A stretch of 64,000 nucleotides of DNA from Azolla caroliniana (taxonomy: Eukaryota; Plantae; Polypodiophyta), in NCBI GenBank assembly GCA_043228905.1, contig JBHGNT010000005.1:15190001-15254000 (forward strand), written 5' to 3'. Each line of letters opens with the position of its first letter. Positions within the stretch are counted from its first letter, which is position 1. Positions 1 to 12,572 of this stretch are shown piece after piece. A program made the position numbers and the translations under genes. The notes under the pieces were generated by a model, which saw only the letters and a list, made by a program, of their open reading frames with translations, was not told the origin of the DNA and did no database searches.

Positions 1-1187
1 TATTTTTCAGCTCAAAATTTGTGGTGAAATGGCCTTAGATGTGGAAAGAGAGTGGCATTCTTGTAGAGTATGTTCATTGTGACAATTTAAATCAACGTTT
101 CGAGGTGAATCAAATGTAACGTAAACATTAGCAATATTTTAATATTAAAAAATACATGCTCGTCCTGGTGGTATTGGGGCAGCCACTCTACCTAATGCCT
201 TGCCCACAATGTCGAATGCGTTAGGTAGGTTTGATCTTGTGCTGAGGCCACACTTGTTAGTCTGGCTTTCCATGATCGAAGATACCGTACTTTGTTTGTT
301 TTACTAAAAAATGATGGGAAAGGGAAATCAAGTAAAAAGTTTAGCTTCCTTCTATTTAAGAAAAAGCATGTATGTTATCATCATTTTATTAGATAAAAAA
401 AGGATATTTGAGCCGTATAAGAAGACTACTTTTTCTTTTCTCCGTTGAAAAGTAAGGTTTGAATTTCTTGTAGGTAAATAAAATAGTATACCATGTAAAG
501 ACTTATGTTTGTTTCAAGCACACTAGGTGAGGGTGAGGCAGCATCATCATGAAGCTTGCATCCATGCGTGCTCTTTCATATACATACTTATTAGTATTAC
601 TATACATATATATAGGGAGCAAATGTACTTAACTCAATTGAAGTTAATTGGTGTAGGATCGACCCACACCACCCACACACCGTAGGAGAAACACAATTCT
701 CAATTCATTGTGTGTTAGCAAGGCCCACACACTTGCTATAGTCTCGACTTTCTCCATAACGGGGAAGCGGGCTCCTCGGGCCGGGGGGGGGGGGGGGGCT
801 GGCTATATGGCATATGGCATGCCATCTCAGCTTGTTCCTCCATCACATCACATCGAGGCCCTTGCACGGTAATATATATATATATATATTGAGATGGAGA
901 GCTGCTCCTCCTTAGGGCCCCGCCATCTCATGCTGATGATGTTGTCCCTTGCCTTGCCTTACTAATAGTAACAATATATACAACAAACCTATGTAAGTAT
1001 GTCTATGTGTATATATGTATGACATATGTGTATGGGTGGTGGTGATGCCTTGTGTTGGCCCACTTTTAGTAAACCTGGACGACGATAACTGAGCGGAATG
1101 CTTCTTTCCTTCTCTCAAACTCCCCCGGCCGCCCCCAACACCCTCCGCACCGCACATTTTAGTCAAAACAGCACACGTTAATTATAT

Positions 1188-1231
1188 CTGACGTGGCAGC
1201 GCCATGTCAGCAAAACTGTATGCCACGTGGC
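1188..1231. promoter_or_regulatory. ABRE/G-box cluster upstream of the PP2C gene
   Basis: CTGACGTGGC (1188-1197) and perfect palindromic G-box GCCACGTGGC (1222-1231), followed by CT repeats, about 300 bp upstream of the ATG. Confidence 0.45.
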
Positions 1232-1519
1232 GAGTCTGTCCTGTCTGTCTGTCTGTCTCTCTCGCTCTGACTTTTGTATCCATGCTTCCAGTCCCTCTCT
1301 CTCTCTCTCTCTCTCGTGTAATTAATTTGTTTCGAAATGGACTATACATACATACATAATATTTGGCCTCTAGCAGACGTGATCCATCTAGACCTTGTCT
1401 GTGTGACTCCTCCTCTGTTTTTCTTAGCAGCTATGGTGGCCATCCATCTGTGTACCGCTACAGGAGCATCGATTACGCACAACCCATGAGAGAAAGCTTC
1501 TCTCCAAAATTACTATGCC

Positions 1520-4500
1520 ATGGGGGCAAACATTTCTTCTCGCGCAGCCGGTTGCTTTGCGCCCCACCCCACTGAGGATAACTTCTTATCCGATCACGAT
1601 CGCGATCACCAGGGCCTGGGCCATTCCTTCTGTTATGTCCGCCCGGACAGTGTAAGCACGCCCACAAATGCCTTTGGCCCGGACATCCATACACTTGGGA
1701 CAGCAGATGCGGTCATTGGCGGTGGCGGCAGCGGCCGGGACATAGTACAACGTGCGGACCATGATTCCTGGGACTCATGTGGCCGTCATCACGAGACGTC
1801 ATTCAAGAGCATCTCGGGCGCTTCGGTGAGTGCCAACACATCTACGCCAAGGACAATGGCCTCATTCAATCATATGGTGGCCGGCTTCGAGGACGATCAG
1901 AGGGCAGCCGCATTTGAAGGCACATCTTCTTTTAATTCGCTTCCACTCCAGCCTGTGCCACGGAATAATAATTACTACGCGCCTACAGCTGCTGCAGGAC
2001 TCTCACAATCTGGACCCATCATGGGTGGGGGAGGAGGAGGTACATGTCAGCAGGGGATCCCAGTGGCATTTGATCGTGCGTTCTTGTCCGGCCCAATCGA
2101 GAGAGGATTTATGTCTGGGCCCATGGAGAGGGGTTTCTTGTCTGGGCCGCTGGAGCGGGGCTGTGTCTCGGCTCCCATGCCCACTGCTGCTGCTGCTGCT
2201 TGTGGGGCCAATCATAACGGAGGAGGAGGAGGAGGAGGAGGAGGAGGAGGAGGAGGTGTGGCTTATCTCAAACGAAGCCGAACCTCACTAGCCCATCTCG
2301 TGAAGAAAGCCCTCTCCAAAAGCCTCACTTTCAAGGCCAGAAAGCACAACTCAACGAAGCTCCTCCATAACACTGCCACCACAACTATAACATCTACTAT
2401 CACAAAAGATTTAGATGGTTCAGCTCCAAACGAGACTCCGCTTGTTGTTGTCGATGATGATGATGATGATGATGATGTTGATGATGTTGATGAGGAGAGA
2501 AATTCCCTTCCTCGTAACTCTGATGGTGATGGTGATGTGTCGTCCAGTGCCTCAGGCCTCTCGTGGGACGGTGCAGCCCATAACTTGCAATGGGCCCAAG
2601 GTAAGGCTGGTGAAGATAGGGTCCATGTGGTCCTTTCGGAAGACCATGGCTGGCTGTTTGTAGGAATTTATGATGGCTTCAGTGGCCCTGATGCACCAGA
2701 TTTCCTCATGAGTAATTTGTATAGGGAGGTATACAAGCAATTGCGAGGTCTTCTTTGGGATAGGAAAGAGTCTGCTGCCATTGACATGCCAACAACTCAT
2801 GGAGATGCCTCTCGCCTCCTCGATTCTAAATCTAATAGCCAACAATGCTGCCACGAAAAAGATGATGATGATGATGATGGTAATGAATGCCGCCACGAAA
2901 AAGATGATGATGATGAAGATGATGATGTTAATGAGCAGGGGATTCGTAATTCTTGCAAGAATGTTAATGGGGATATTGGTATGCATAGTTCCTTTTGGGA
3001 AAACCTTCATCAGCAACGGTTAAAATCGGTCGGTTGCAATGATGATGGCAGCCCTAATGGAGACCATCTCGACCCCCACCAGTTTCCACAGGATGTATCA
3101 GATTGTCGATCTGATAGTTGTGATGGAAACTCAACGAATGATGATCCTTCTGTCCTGACATGCTTAAAGTGTGGAAACAGTGATAGTACTATTTCAAAGG
3201 GCATACCAAACCCACATAAGTTACATGGGGAAAACACCTTGTTTTTGGGTAAAGTGCAGCATATTAAGAAGAAGAAGAAGAAGAAAAAGAAGAAGACATG
3301 TCTTGCAGCTCAAGATAAAGAACCGCCAAGTCCAGATGTGGATCGCCGTTCAAACACAAGACATGGAACATGGCTTGTAAAGAAGGTTGCCACCGACCAT
3401 TTTGCAGTCTTAAAAGCTCTAGAAAATGCCCTTGAATTGACTGAGCGATCCTACTTACAAATGGCCGAACATTCCATGAAGGAAATGCCGGAGCTTGCTT
3501 TGATGGGATCTTGCGTGTTAGTGATGCTAATGAAAGGTGCTGATGTGTATGTGATGAATGTGGGTGATAGTCGAGCTATATTGGCTCAAGTGAAACACAA
3601 TCAAGATGATGACATGCCAAAATGCCACAAGATCTCTAAGTGCTCCAATGTGCCATCGACCTATGATCCCGAAAGGATCGGTGGAAGAGATTCCCAACTC
3701 CGACAAGAACCTGCTTTTGAATGTCCACATGCTTGTATGAGTACTAAGCCACCTCCTACAAGTATGCTATTAAGTGCTCTACAATTGTCAAGTGACCACA
3801 GCACAAATATCAAAGAGGTAAGGTCTATTTCAAGAACTCAAACCTCTCGTTTTGTTGGGAAGTTGTTATACTAGAGAGCATATGACATGACACCAAATGG
3901 TGCTATGGAACAAGATACGTTCAAGATTTTCGGTATACATGTACCTTTTTCCTAACTCTGATGTTGGCTATATTTCTAGGAGGTTCTTCGGATTAAGGCC
4001 GAGCACCCAGATGATGGCACCTCCATTCTAAACGATCGTGTCAAAGGAAGATTAAAAGTTACCCGTGCTTTTGGCGCCGGCTTCCTAAAGACGGTAAGAA
4101 GAGGTAGTAAATTGGGGTATAACACAAAACTACCCCTGCCTAACTTGTTATCGGGTGTTTACCAAGATACCCCTCACCGGGATGCCTGATTGTAGTAGGT
4201 AAATGTTCGTAATAAGGGAGGTATAGTATTCACATAAAGTTCCACAACTTAATGGGCATTTTGGTAAACATACCGACCACATCAGGGGCACCTTCATTTT
4301 TTTCCTCTTGAATATGTCACAAAATTGAAAACCCGTTGTGAGTGCTAGGGGATATGTATATGTTTCAAGGTAGCCTCTTGCACCAAACTTTTCTTATCAA
4401 ATTTCCTTTTGATTCTGCTTTCTGCTTAGCCAAGATGGAACAATCTTCTTCTTGAGGTTTTTCGGGTCGATTATGTGGGCAACAATCCATACGTGACATG

Positions 4501-4938
4501 TAAACCTGCTCTACACCACTACTCCCTCGGCCCCAATGATCGGTTCTTGGTTCTCTCCTCTGACGGCCTGTACCAATACCTAAGCAATGAAGAAGTTGTT
4601 TCCCAAGTAGAATGGTTCATGGAGAACTACCCCGATGGTGATCCGGCACAGTATCTCATCGAGGAGCTTCTCTTTCGAGCCGCAAAGAAAGCAGGTATTT
4701 CTCTACTCCCTCTTACTCATCCTTAGGGGAAGGCATTTTGAAGCTTGGTTTCCACCTTGTTTTCTGGTTGAATTTGATTGTGTTCATCTTTTTTTTTTTG
4801 GGGGGGGGGGGGGGGGGGGAAGGGATGGACTTCCATGAACTATTAGATATTCCGCAAGGCGATCGTCGAAACTACCATGATGATGTGTGTGTCATGATTA
4901 TCTCTCTCGAAGGAAGAATTTGGCGATCATTTGGTTAG
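1520..4938 (+). CDS. Protein phosphatase 2C, POLTERGEIST/PLL (clade C) type; exons 1520-3817, 3980-4093, 4430-4694, 4823-4938
   Basis: N-terminal MGxxxS...GCF acylation motif, [25 protein letters not shown], repeated SGP(I/M/L)[83 protein letters not shown]. Three GT-AG introns join the exons in frame. Confidence 0.95.
4114..4307. mobile_element. Degenerate MITE-like (Mutator-type) foldback in intron 2
   Basis: GGTGTTTACCAAGATACCC (~4164-4182) is inverted to GGGCATTTTGGTAAACATA (~4254-4272); the outer CCCCTG/CAGGGG also pair. No clear TSD. Confidence 0.5.
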
Positions 4939-5879
4939 AAAAGAAAATCTTGATCTCTCTGCATTGTTTTATGGGTTATAATCTCATCCCTCTTGTTTGT
5001 TTTGAGCTTTAAATAGTGACGTTGTCAATGTTTGTATTTATACATAGTTTCTTTTGTCTTATGCCAAGGCTCAAATTAACCCTTGGTGCCAAAAATTAAA
5101 AGTGTAATATGAACTATGGAATATAGACTTCTCTATACTTTGTCTAATTTACTAAAAAAAGACATGCTTGTTTAGTGGCTCTTGTAGCTATTCTTATGGG
5201 TACATTTATGGAAGACATGTTTAATCATGTATGTATCCTGATATACAAGGAAACTACACTCTCAAGATAAAAAAGACAAACAAGCATATGTTCAATCAAT
5301 TGTATACCTTATATTCCCCATCCTCCGGTTACAACATTTTTTCTCGTATAACTTTTCATGATATGGATGGTTTCTTTTAAAAGGAGCTTCCCAAAATTAA
5401 CATAATTGTAATCTTGATCCTTGAACAATATTTCTCTACCTCTTTCTTTCTAGTCTCTCTTTTGACTTTTCGCCATGAAGAATCAAAATATTTAGTTTAT
5501 TGGAAGAACAATGTTTTCTGACACTATGATGTGAAACTTTTCCTTGGTCATGTACCTTCACCGAGGACGTGTGGAAGGTTTGTGTTGCTATCCTTAATGG
5601 TAGGAGCTAGACCTTTGGAGTATTGCTAACCATGCATTAATGTTAACATAAGAAATCAACATATTTATATGAAAATTGGTATCCCATGGGTTCTTACATT
5701 CAAATATCATTGTACAATTATAGACACCATCCAACTTTTAGGGCTCAATACTCTCGATCAGGCAAAGTCAATTTTTATGAGGATTTTCAATTGTTTTTTT
5801 TTTAAAGTAAAGTTCTTTATCCTTGAGTTTGAAGAAGTTGATATATACAAAATATGTTCTAGGTCTATATAGTGGAGCT

Positions 5880-6799
5880 TTGTGCAGCATAAATATTACA
5901 CATGCACACATATGTTGCACCATCATCTTCATCAATTGTAACTTATATTCAAAGACCAATATTCTAAGTTGGGGATCACCCAATTTCCAACAAGCACCAC
6001 ACCAGAAGATGGGAGAAAAAGGCATGACCTTGATCAGCATTATGGCTTTGTCTAAACAGCCTGCTTGAGCAAGCAACTAAGATAGTATTCCACACTAGAA
6101 GATTGGGAGAAAAAGGCACGACCTTAATAAGCATTATGGCTTTGTCTAGAAGTCCATCTACCACATCATCAGACTTCTCTAGCAAGCCTTGTTTTATGAT
6201 CTCAACATGTATGCCTTGGCTCCTATTAGAGTCTCATGTATGGTAACATACTTTCAAGATGCCTACAAACGTTGCAACATTTGGAGTATTGCCAAAGAGT
6301 TGCATCAATTCAAAACATATCAATACAACCTTATCGAGGCCATGCCGTGGAACATCCAAAGATAAATGCATTCCATGCAATGACATCCCAAACTAGGAGC
6401 TCATGAAATACTTCTACAACTTTTTCTATAGAGGTGCATTTTGCATACATATCCACCAAAACAGTACCAAGTACAAGATGTTTTTCCACAAATCCTTGCT
6501 TAAGAAACTCACAATGTACATTGTGACCTTTATCCAAGGCTGGACCTCTCTTTCCACGTGCTTTCAATATGTAAATGAAAGTCATAACATCTAGAGAGAC
6601 ACCACTAGATTGCATTTGTTCAAAACAATTAGTGCTTCATCACCATCTTCTTTTTGGACATATCCTTTTTCAACTGCTCTTAGTCTGCTACAAACATACA
6701 TATCTCCCAAAGCATTGGAAAGTACAGTTCAACATGTTTTTCTAACAGTCCCTTGTCGACGATCTTCTCATGAACTTCCTTTCCCTTATCAACTGATTG
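5880..6799 (-). pseudogene. PLS-class PPR pseudogene fragment (C-terminal repeats and E domain)
   Basis: DKGKEVHEKIVDKGLLEKH, LGTVLVDMYAKC, DVIAWNAFI, DKAIMLIKVMPFSP (present twice); frameshifts and deletions; truncated by an LTR at 6800. Confidence 0.85.
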
Positions 6800-9171
6800 T
6801 GTCGGTGGAGGAAAAACCGAGAAAGGTGGTTGATACCTCCAACGTATACAACCATTAAACGTGACGAAGACATTTAGTCTTTCCCTTCTCTTCTTAAAAA
6901 CTTATGGCTTTCAAACACTACATCTGAATCACCCTTGATAGCATCATATTATCCTTTTAGTGTCTGCAACCAAATCTCCCTGACTAAATCCACAACATTC
7001 CATTGAAGTTCTTGAAATATCCTTCAACATCTACTAGTACACAAAACCCATAAGACTATTGAACTAATCATCTCCCAAATCACACCATTCTGTACTAAAT
7101 TAATAGACATACATAGCGACAATTCCTCAGCATATCGACCTCTTGTATACAATGCACAATTTAACTTTTCTTTTTCATAATCTTGTAGTTCACCCTAAAT
7201 ATCTACCCACATCATTGTCCCTTATTTATATACTCTAGAGCCATATACCTCATGCAAGATATGCAAAAACATTTTCCAAACCAATAGTTGCAGAGGGCAG
7301 GTACACAAGATAGAATAATAAAGACTTATATTACTCGCTCCTTAATCCATACAATCCGGACCTCTTGTATAGGTATCCGGTTCTGATACAAAACAATGAC
7401 TTGCATGTCCGTGGGATAGTGCCTTGCATGTCGAACCCACGTGCCCTCACCTCTCCTCCGGCATGTCCAGTATACTTTGCTGATTGTCTGCCGTTTGGTC
7501 TGGTGGCATACTCCTTTGTTGTGCTGGTTCTTCCTCTTCCGTTTGAGGTTGCGGTTGTGCTTGATTCTCTGGCTGTTTCACCCATTGTTGTTCATCTTGT
7601 GCACTTTGCGGTGCGTCCTCCTCATTCGTCCTCTACTGCATCGGCTCTTGCTCCCTTGGTTGCTCCGGTTGTGTCTGTTCCCTTTCGTCCTCTGGTCATT
7701 CCTCATCACTCAGATCTACCTGCTCGGCTTGGTTCTCCCCAATCTGATGCTTCCTCTACTGCACTCTTTCGCGTTCATATGCCTCCAAGTCCAATGTCAG
7801 CTGCAATTGATCATCTTCAAACGCTTCCAAAATCTTCCGGATTTCGTCAATTTGTAGTTGGGCCATTGCCTAAAAGTCTTATCGAAATCATGGTGATACT
7901 TTCTTCATCCATCTTATAGAAATTATCCCTGACTTCTGCCCTATTTTCTACATCTGCCCCGAGCACCTGTAGTTCTCCCGCCTATGTCATTCCTTCCATA
8001 TCGCAACCGAGCATTCTTGAAGTTTTTCCTACATCAGCTACCACCGATTATCTACAATTATCCGGATTCTCTTTATGCCAATTTCTATCTAGTCTTCTCG
8101 GGCCTGCTTTTCTTGTTTGAGCTGCTTAATTTGCTGTATTGTTGCCTTGGATTGAACCTCATATGTTGTCAGCTGAGTTTGATACGTCGTTTGGACCTTT
8201 GTCAACACTTCTTTAGAACATTCAACCAACCGGTCCTGATCCTCCAACAATTTCATCTTTTCGTTGTAGGTTTTTCTCTAATCTTTTCCTTCATTTCGTC
8301 AAAGAATTTCTCTTGCGACTACAGGTCCTCGATTTTTTCCTTTAATTCCTCCCGCACCTCCTTGAGCTTCTCCCATTGTCGGTCAAACTCCTTTTCCATC
8401 TCCTTATGATCTCTATATAATTTCTCGAAATCGGCATGCTTGTCCTTTAAGCGTGGGTTGAGTTGTGCTCACAACCAATCATCCCGCTCCTTCTATTGTT
8501 GGAGCTCTTCCTGCAGCCGTTCGATCTCTATTTCTGCCATCCGTCAGAGTTTCTCCCATTCATGTTGCATCATCCCCTTTTCTTCTTTCCTCTAGTTCAG
8601 ACTTTCTTGAACCATTCAGAGTCCTTCCTCAAGCTTCTTCTTTTCCTCGTTTGCATTTCCCCACAACTGTTTCTAATTCTTCACCATCGCTGCTTGCACG
8701 GTGATGTCGTCCCTTATGTGTGCTACTTCTTTTTCCGCCATTTCTACTCGTCCGACTAGATTCTCTTTTTCTTCCTCCATTGCTTCTGCCTGATCCAGAA
8801 TCTGTTTTCCCGGTTCCGGCGTTGTCGCCTTGCCCTGTCTCCTCCTGTACATCCATTAATTCTTTGGCATGCTTCAACTCCTTCACCAGTTCTTCAATTC
8901 AGCCCTTGGCCTCCGTCAACTTTCTGGTCATTTCCGCCGTCTTGTTTTGAGGTGTCGTTATGGCAAACCGTGTCCTTCGTTCTTCAGCCATTTGTGCTGC
9001 GGCTTTAGTAACCTGCACCCCCAACCATTCGACTAATTGTTGGCAAGTTCTGTGTTGCGTTATTGCGGTGAATGCCTGCACGACTTCCGGTAACTCCGAC
9101 CCGGAACCTCCGACTGCTTGCAACACCGTCCCTCTTTCGTTTTTCCAAGGAGGTAGAGAGGCTACTAAGCT
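6800..9171 (-). mobile_element. 3' part of Athila-like gypsy element O: decayed extra coiled-coil ORF (~7447-9171) and 3' LTR (6800-~7395)
   Basis: Minus-strand E/K/Q-rich ORF ends QSILDMPEER*, like the extra ORF ends of elements A (SLLDILEED*) and C (SILDILDEE*). It has the same 3' hairpin motif. The LTR ends ...CCGACA at the PPR junction and has a minus-strand TATATAAAT near 7225. Confidence 0.7.
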
Positions 9172-10540
9172 TGTAGTGACCTAACCGGCTCGTGTGCCAA
9201 AGTTCTTCACTGAGCACACGGGCATAGAGAACCTGTATTCAATCCGGCCCTATCGCCAGATTCCAGAAATGAGCACACGGGCTCGCAGACTCAAGTAGAA
9301 ACATGTGGAATAGAGCGGGAGAGGAGAAGCAATGCCTCCCGAACACAGAAAGAGAGTTACGAATGTAGATCCAACATAGAAAAAGAGTCGGATACAACAA
9401 ACCAAGATGAAATTGACAAACAGAGAAGAATACAGCTAGACTTGGCCGGTTACAGGGATTTGAGCTCCACACACGCACACACACACACACACACACTAGT
9501 GAGCCTCTGGTCGGGAGCACACGGGCTTTCTACGCCAGTAGTGGCCCCACACCTACTCAAAACAAAAATCTGACAATGCTGGAGATCACAAAACGACAAC
9601 ACCTTCCCCTCGAAAATGATGAATCCTTGTAATGTTCTTCCTTCCCTTCTCAAGGAGGGTCGATTACATCAGCATTCATGACATCTGCTTGTGTCAGCGA
9701 TTCTTTCCCTTGATTTCCTTCCATCAAATCCTATTATTCCCCTCTTTTTGGGGGATAATTAAGTACCTATTTAAATCACAATGTCTCGTACTTATTATAC
9801 TCTGTATTTACATTTGTTTTTATACAAAGACTCCCTTTTATGTGCATCCGTGCACACCCTTGTTCACACGCGGTCGGCGAGCTTTTCTCCCCTTTTGTCG
9901 GAATCTTCCATGACATCCACCCCCACCAAACCACACATCCTTGGGCATGTACCGAAAGCAGTGAAGATTCCAATATAGCCCTTACTTGTCTTCCTCCGAA
10001 CTGTCGCCAATGCGGTCCTCATCTGGCTCCGCGTCCCAATCGCCCTCTTCGATCTTCATCGGCCGCAATTGGTGCATCTAGTCGAATCTTTCCTTGTTCT
10101 TCTGTCTCTCTTCCTTCACCTTTGCCTTCGCTCGCTCCACGCTCGAGTTGTCGAATCCTCGCGGCCAACAACTCCTCCCGACTCATCTCTTTCTTCTAGT
10201 TGACTGCCATCCATGAAGTGATGGTCTGCTCTCCTAGCATGACCGGCTTCTGCCCGAACATGAGGACAATGCATCCACCGTCATCATGCTTAAGAACCTC
10301 CCGATCAGGAGCCACTCCCCTTCATAGTCGTCTTCGTTGAACTTGTGTAGCGTCGAAATGCTTTGTTTGTTCGCCGACGATTGAGCTGACTCGAAGAAGT
10401 CCACATCGACTTCTTTGTCCTCTGATACCATACCATCTTCTCCTTCAAACTGCACACTTGATAGCATATCGTCTATGGCATTGTCTTTCCCAGAAATGTG
10501 TAGGACGGGTTCAAGGACTTGATGTACATGATCCACCTGA
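9172..10540 (-). mobile_element. Deleted gypsy family-B element: 3' LTR 9172-9915, PPT, integrase and RNase H remnants
   Basis: PPT GGTGGGGGTGGA followed by TGTCATGG; the LTR shares GAAAGCCC(G/A)TGTGCT...AGAGGCT and (TG)n with LTR 48318-49098; HISGKDNAIDDMLS remnant. Confidence 0.75.
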
Positions 10541-10559
10541 GCATCAAGTCGAAAGTGGT

Positions 10560-12572
10560 AAGCCCTAACATTGAAAAAGGTAAGGAATAGAAGAGTCCCT
10601 CATTCAAATTATTATCTGATATTGAATCTTCAACTGATTTAAAAAAAGTATTGGAAGAAAGAATTTTAGATAACAAAGTGGAGCTTTCCTTGAGGGAACT
10701 TTTAGGCATAGTGAAAAAGGGATGTCATGAAGCAATAATAGATGGAATTAAAGGAAAATTGCAGAGTATTGAAGTTGCTGAAAACCCAGGAAGTGAAGTG
10801 AAGAAAGCAACGGTGGAAGTTATCAAAGGTGAACCAAGCTCTTCCATTGTTGGTACACAAGCTATTGCGACGACAATTTTTGAAGAGAAGCCGAAAGAGC
10901 TAAAAAACTACTATGCTAAGAAACATTGGGCAAGAGCAAAAACTGAGACACTTGTGAAGATCCGATCGTGGCCTTAATCAACCACGGCTCCGAAATTAAT
11001 CTAATTTCTTATGAGAATAATATTTACAGGAAATGTCATGAGTAGATGAAACCCCATGAGGTTTAAGGGTGACTCGAACCCATGACCTCCTAATGAGAAG
11101 CACTCAGCTCTAGCCATTAGGTTATATATGTTGTACATAAAGATATTATAATTTACTTTATTATAATATTGATAATGTAACCCTATAAATATCCAAAGGG
11201 TGCCATGACCCTTCAATATCCCAAAGGCTATCATGACCCTACAACATCCCAACGGGTATCATGACCCTACAAACATCCAAGGGGCACATACTACTCCTAT
11301 ATAAATAGGACATATTGTATTGTTAGAACCATTTTGGTTCAACACCAGTATTTGGCAAATATTCTAGTTCTTGCTCTTGTATATTTTCCTATTATAATAA
11401 AATATAGCCATTGTTCTCTCTTTCTTTTCCTTTCTTGTTAAATCTTCTTTTGTCAAGCTAAGGCCTTGACAGCCAATGGAAACAAATCATGGGTGGAGGG
11501 TAAAATCGGCTAATTCAACGATTAAGGAACTTCATGGAGCTTGCCCAAACATCAAAGTTACCATTGGAGATATGCCAATGGAGCAACATTTCTTTATCCA
11601 AAAGACCTCTTCGTACCTAGTGATTCTTGGCCAACCATATATCACATCTTCTAGGATGGAGACGAAGGTGCTTGAAGATGGCTCGACATATGATAGGATT
11701 CGAAGTATTGATAGTAAAAAGAGTGTTCAAATTCTTACTATTAAGCGGGAGCGTGATAGAAATAAAGAAGAATTACGAATTAACTCGTGCGGACATGATA
11801 TGTCAACTTATGGGTCAGATTTTGAAAAGGGAAGATCAAAGCGCTAACTTCCTCAACAAAGATGACATCCATGAAGCTGAAGAAGGAGATGTCCGTTGGC
11901 GCATGCCAGAGGATGCACAGGTCTAGAGGGGGAGGACGTCGTGACGTTTTCGTGCCACAATGAGAAAATAACCTCTACCAAATTATATGAAGTGAATCAA
12001 ATCTTTGTAAATGGTTGTTTAGCTAAGTGATAGCTAATAACTTGATAAGAACACTCACCATAGGATGATAATAGCTAGTTGAATCTACGATAAAACATAA
12101 TATCGAGTAAAATATTTTAAAGCTAAATACCTATTATCAACACACTTGTTATTATCACTGTTAGTTATTAGAGCTATTACCCACTTATTACATTGAATAC
12201 TTATTCAAAGTACATTTTTATCAAGTAAATTTTCTATTGAAGCGATTACCGAATATTGTAGGTGCCTCATATGCATGGGTTACACTTGGCACTCATGCAC
12301 CCACCTTCCTCATGTATAAAAAGGGGAAGAGTAAACTTATCAAGAGGGGAATAACGATAGATGTCAAACACTATTGTAATAAGATAGGCAAGAAATACTA
12401 TTGCAATCATCTTGATATATCAATACAAGCTATTTTCATTTCTCTTCTTTCTTTGACAAGAAGCCCGATGCTTACTTCCTAGATTCGCATTTTCCTTTAC
12501 CGTTGCATGCATACGACGAGATCGGCATCACAACGTACCATACCTCGTTCGGTTTCAAGGTGTTTGTCTTCA
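10560..12572 (+). mobile_element. Gypsy family-B element with gag tail and protease joined directly to PPT and 3' LTR (~11937-12572)
   Basis: EERILDNKVELSLRELL, HWARA, LINHGSEINL, VILGQPYI match 27262-27837. The ORF ends at 11847, then AGAGGGGGAGGA and (C)GTCGTGA follow; TATAAAAAGGGG near 12315. Confidence 0.7.
11034..11471 (+). mobile_element. Solo LTR of chromovirus family D, inserted in the protease region
   Basis: TGTCATGAG...CTTGACA; closely matches the reverse complement of 60076-60511. Confidence 0.9.

Noticed and set aside
912-1694. Short ORFs upstream of or overlapping the PP2C start
   Set aside because: No recognisable motifs; low-complexity promoter/UTR sequence.
11034-11471. Tyrosine-recombinase (DIRS-like) insertion to explain the missing TSD
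   Set aside because: The same LTR heads a chromovirus-type gag-pol, and the related family E shows normal 5-bp TSDs.
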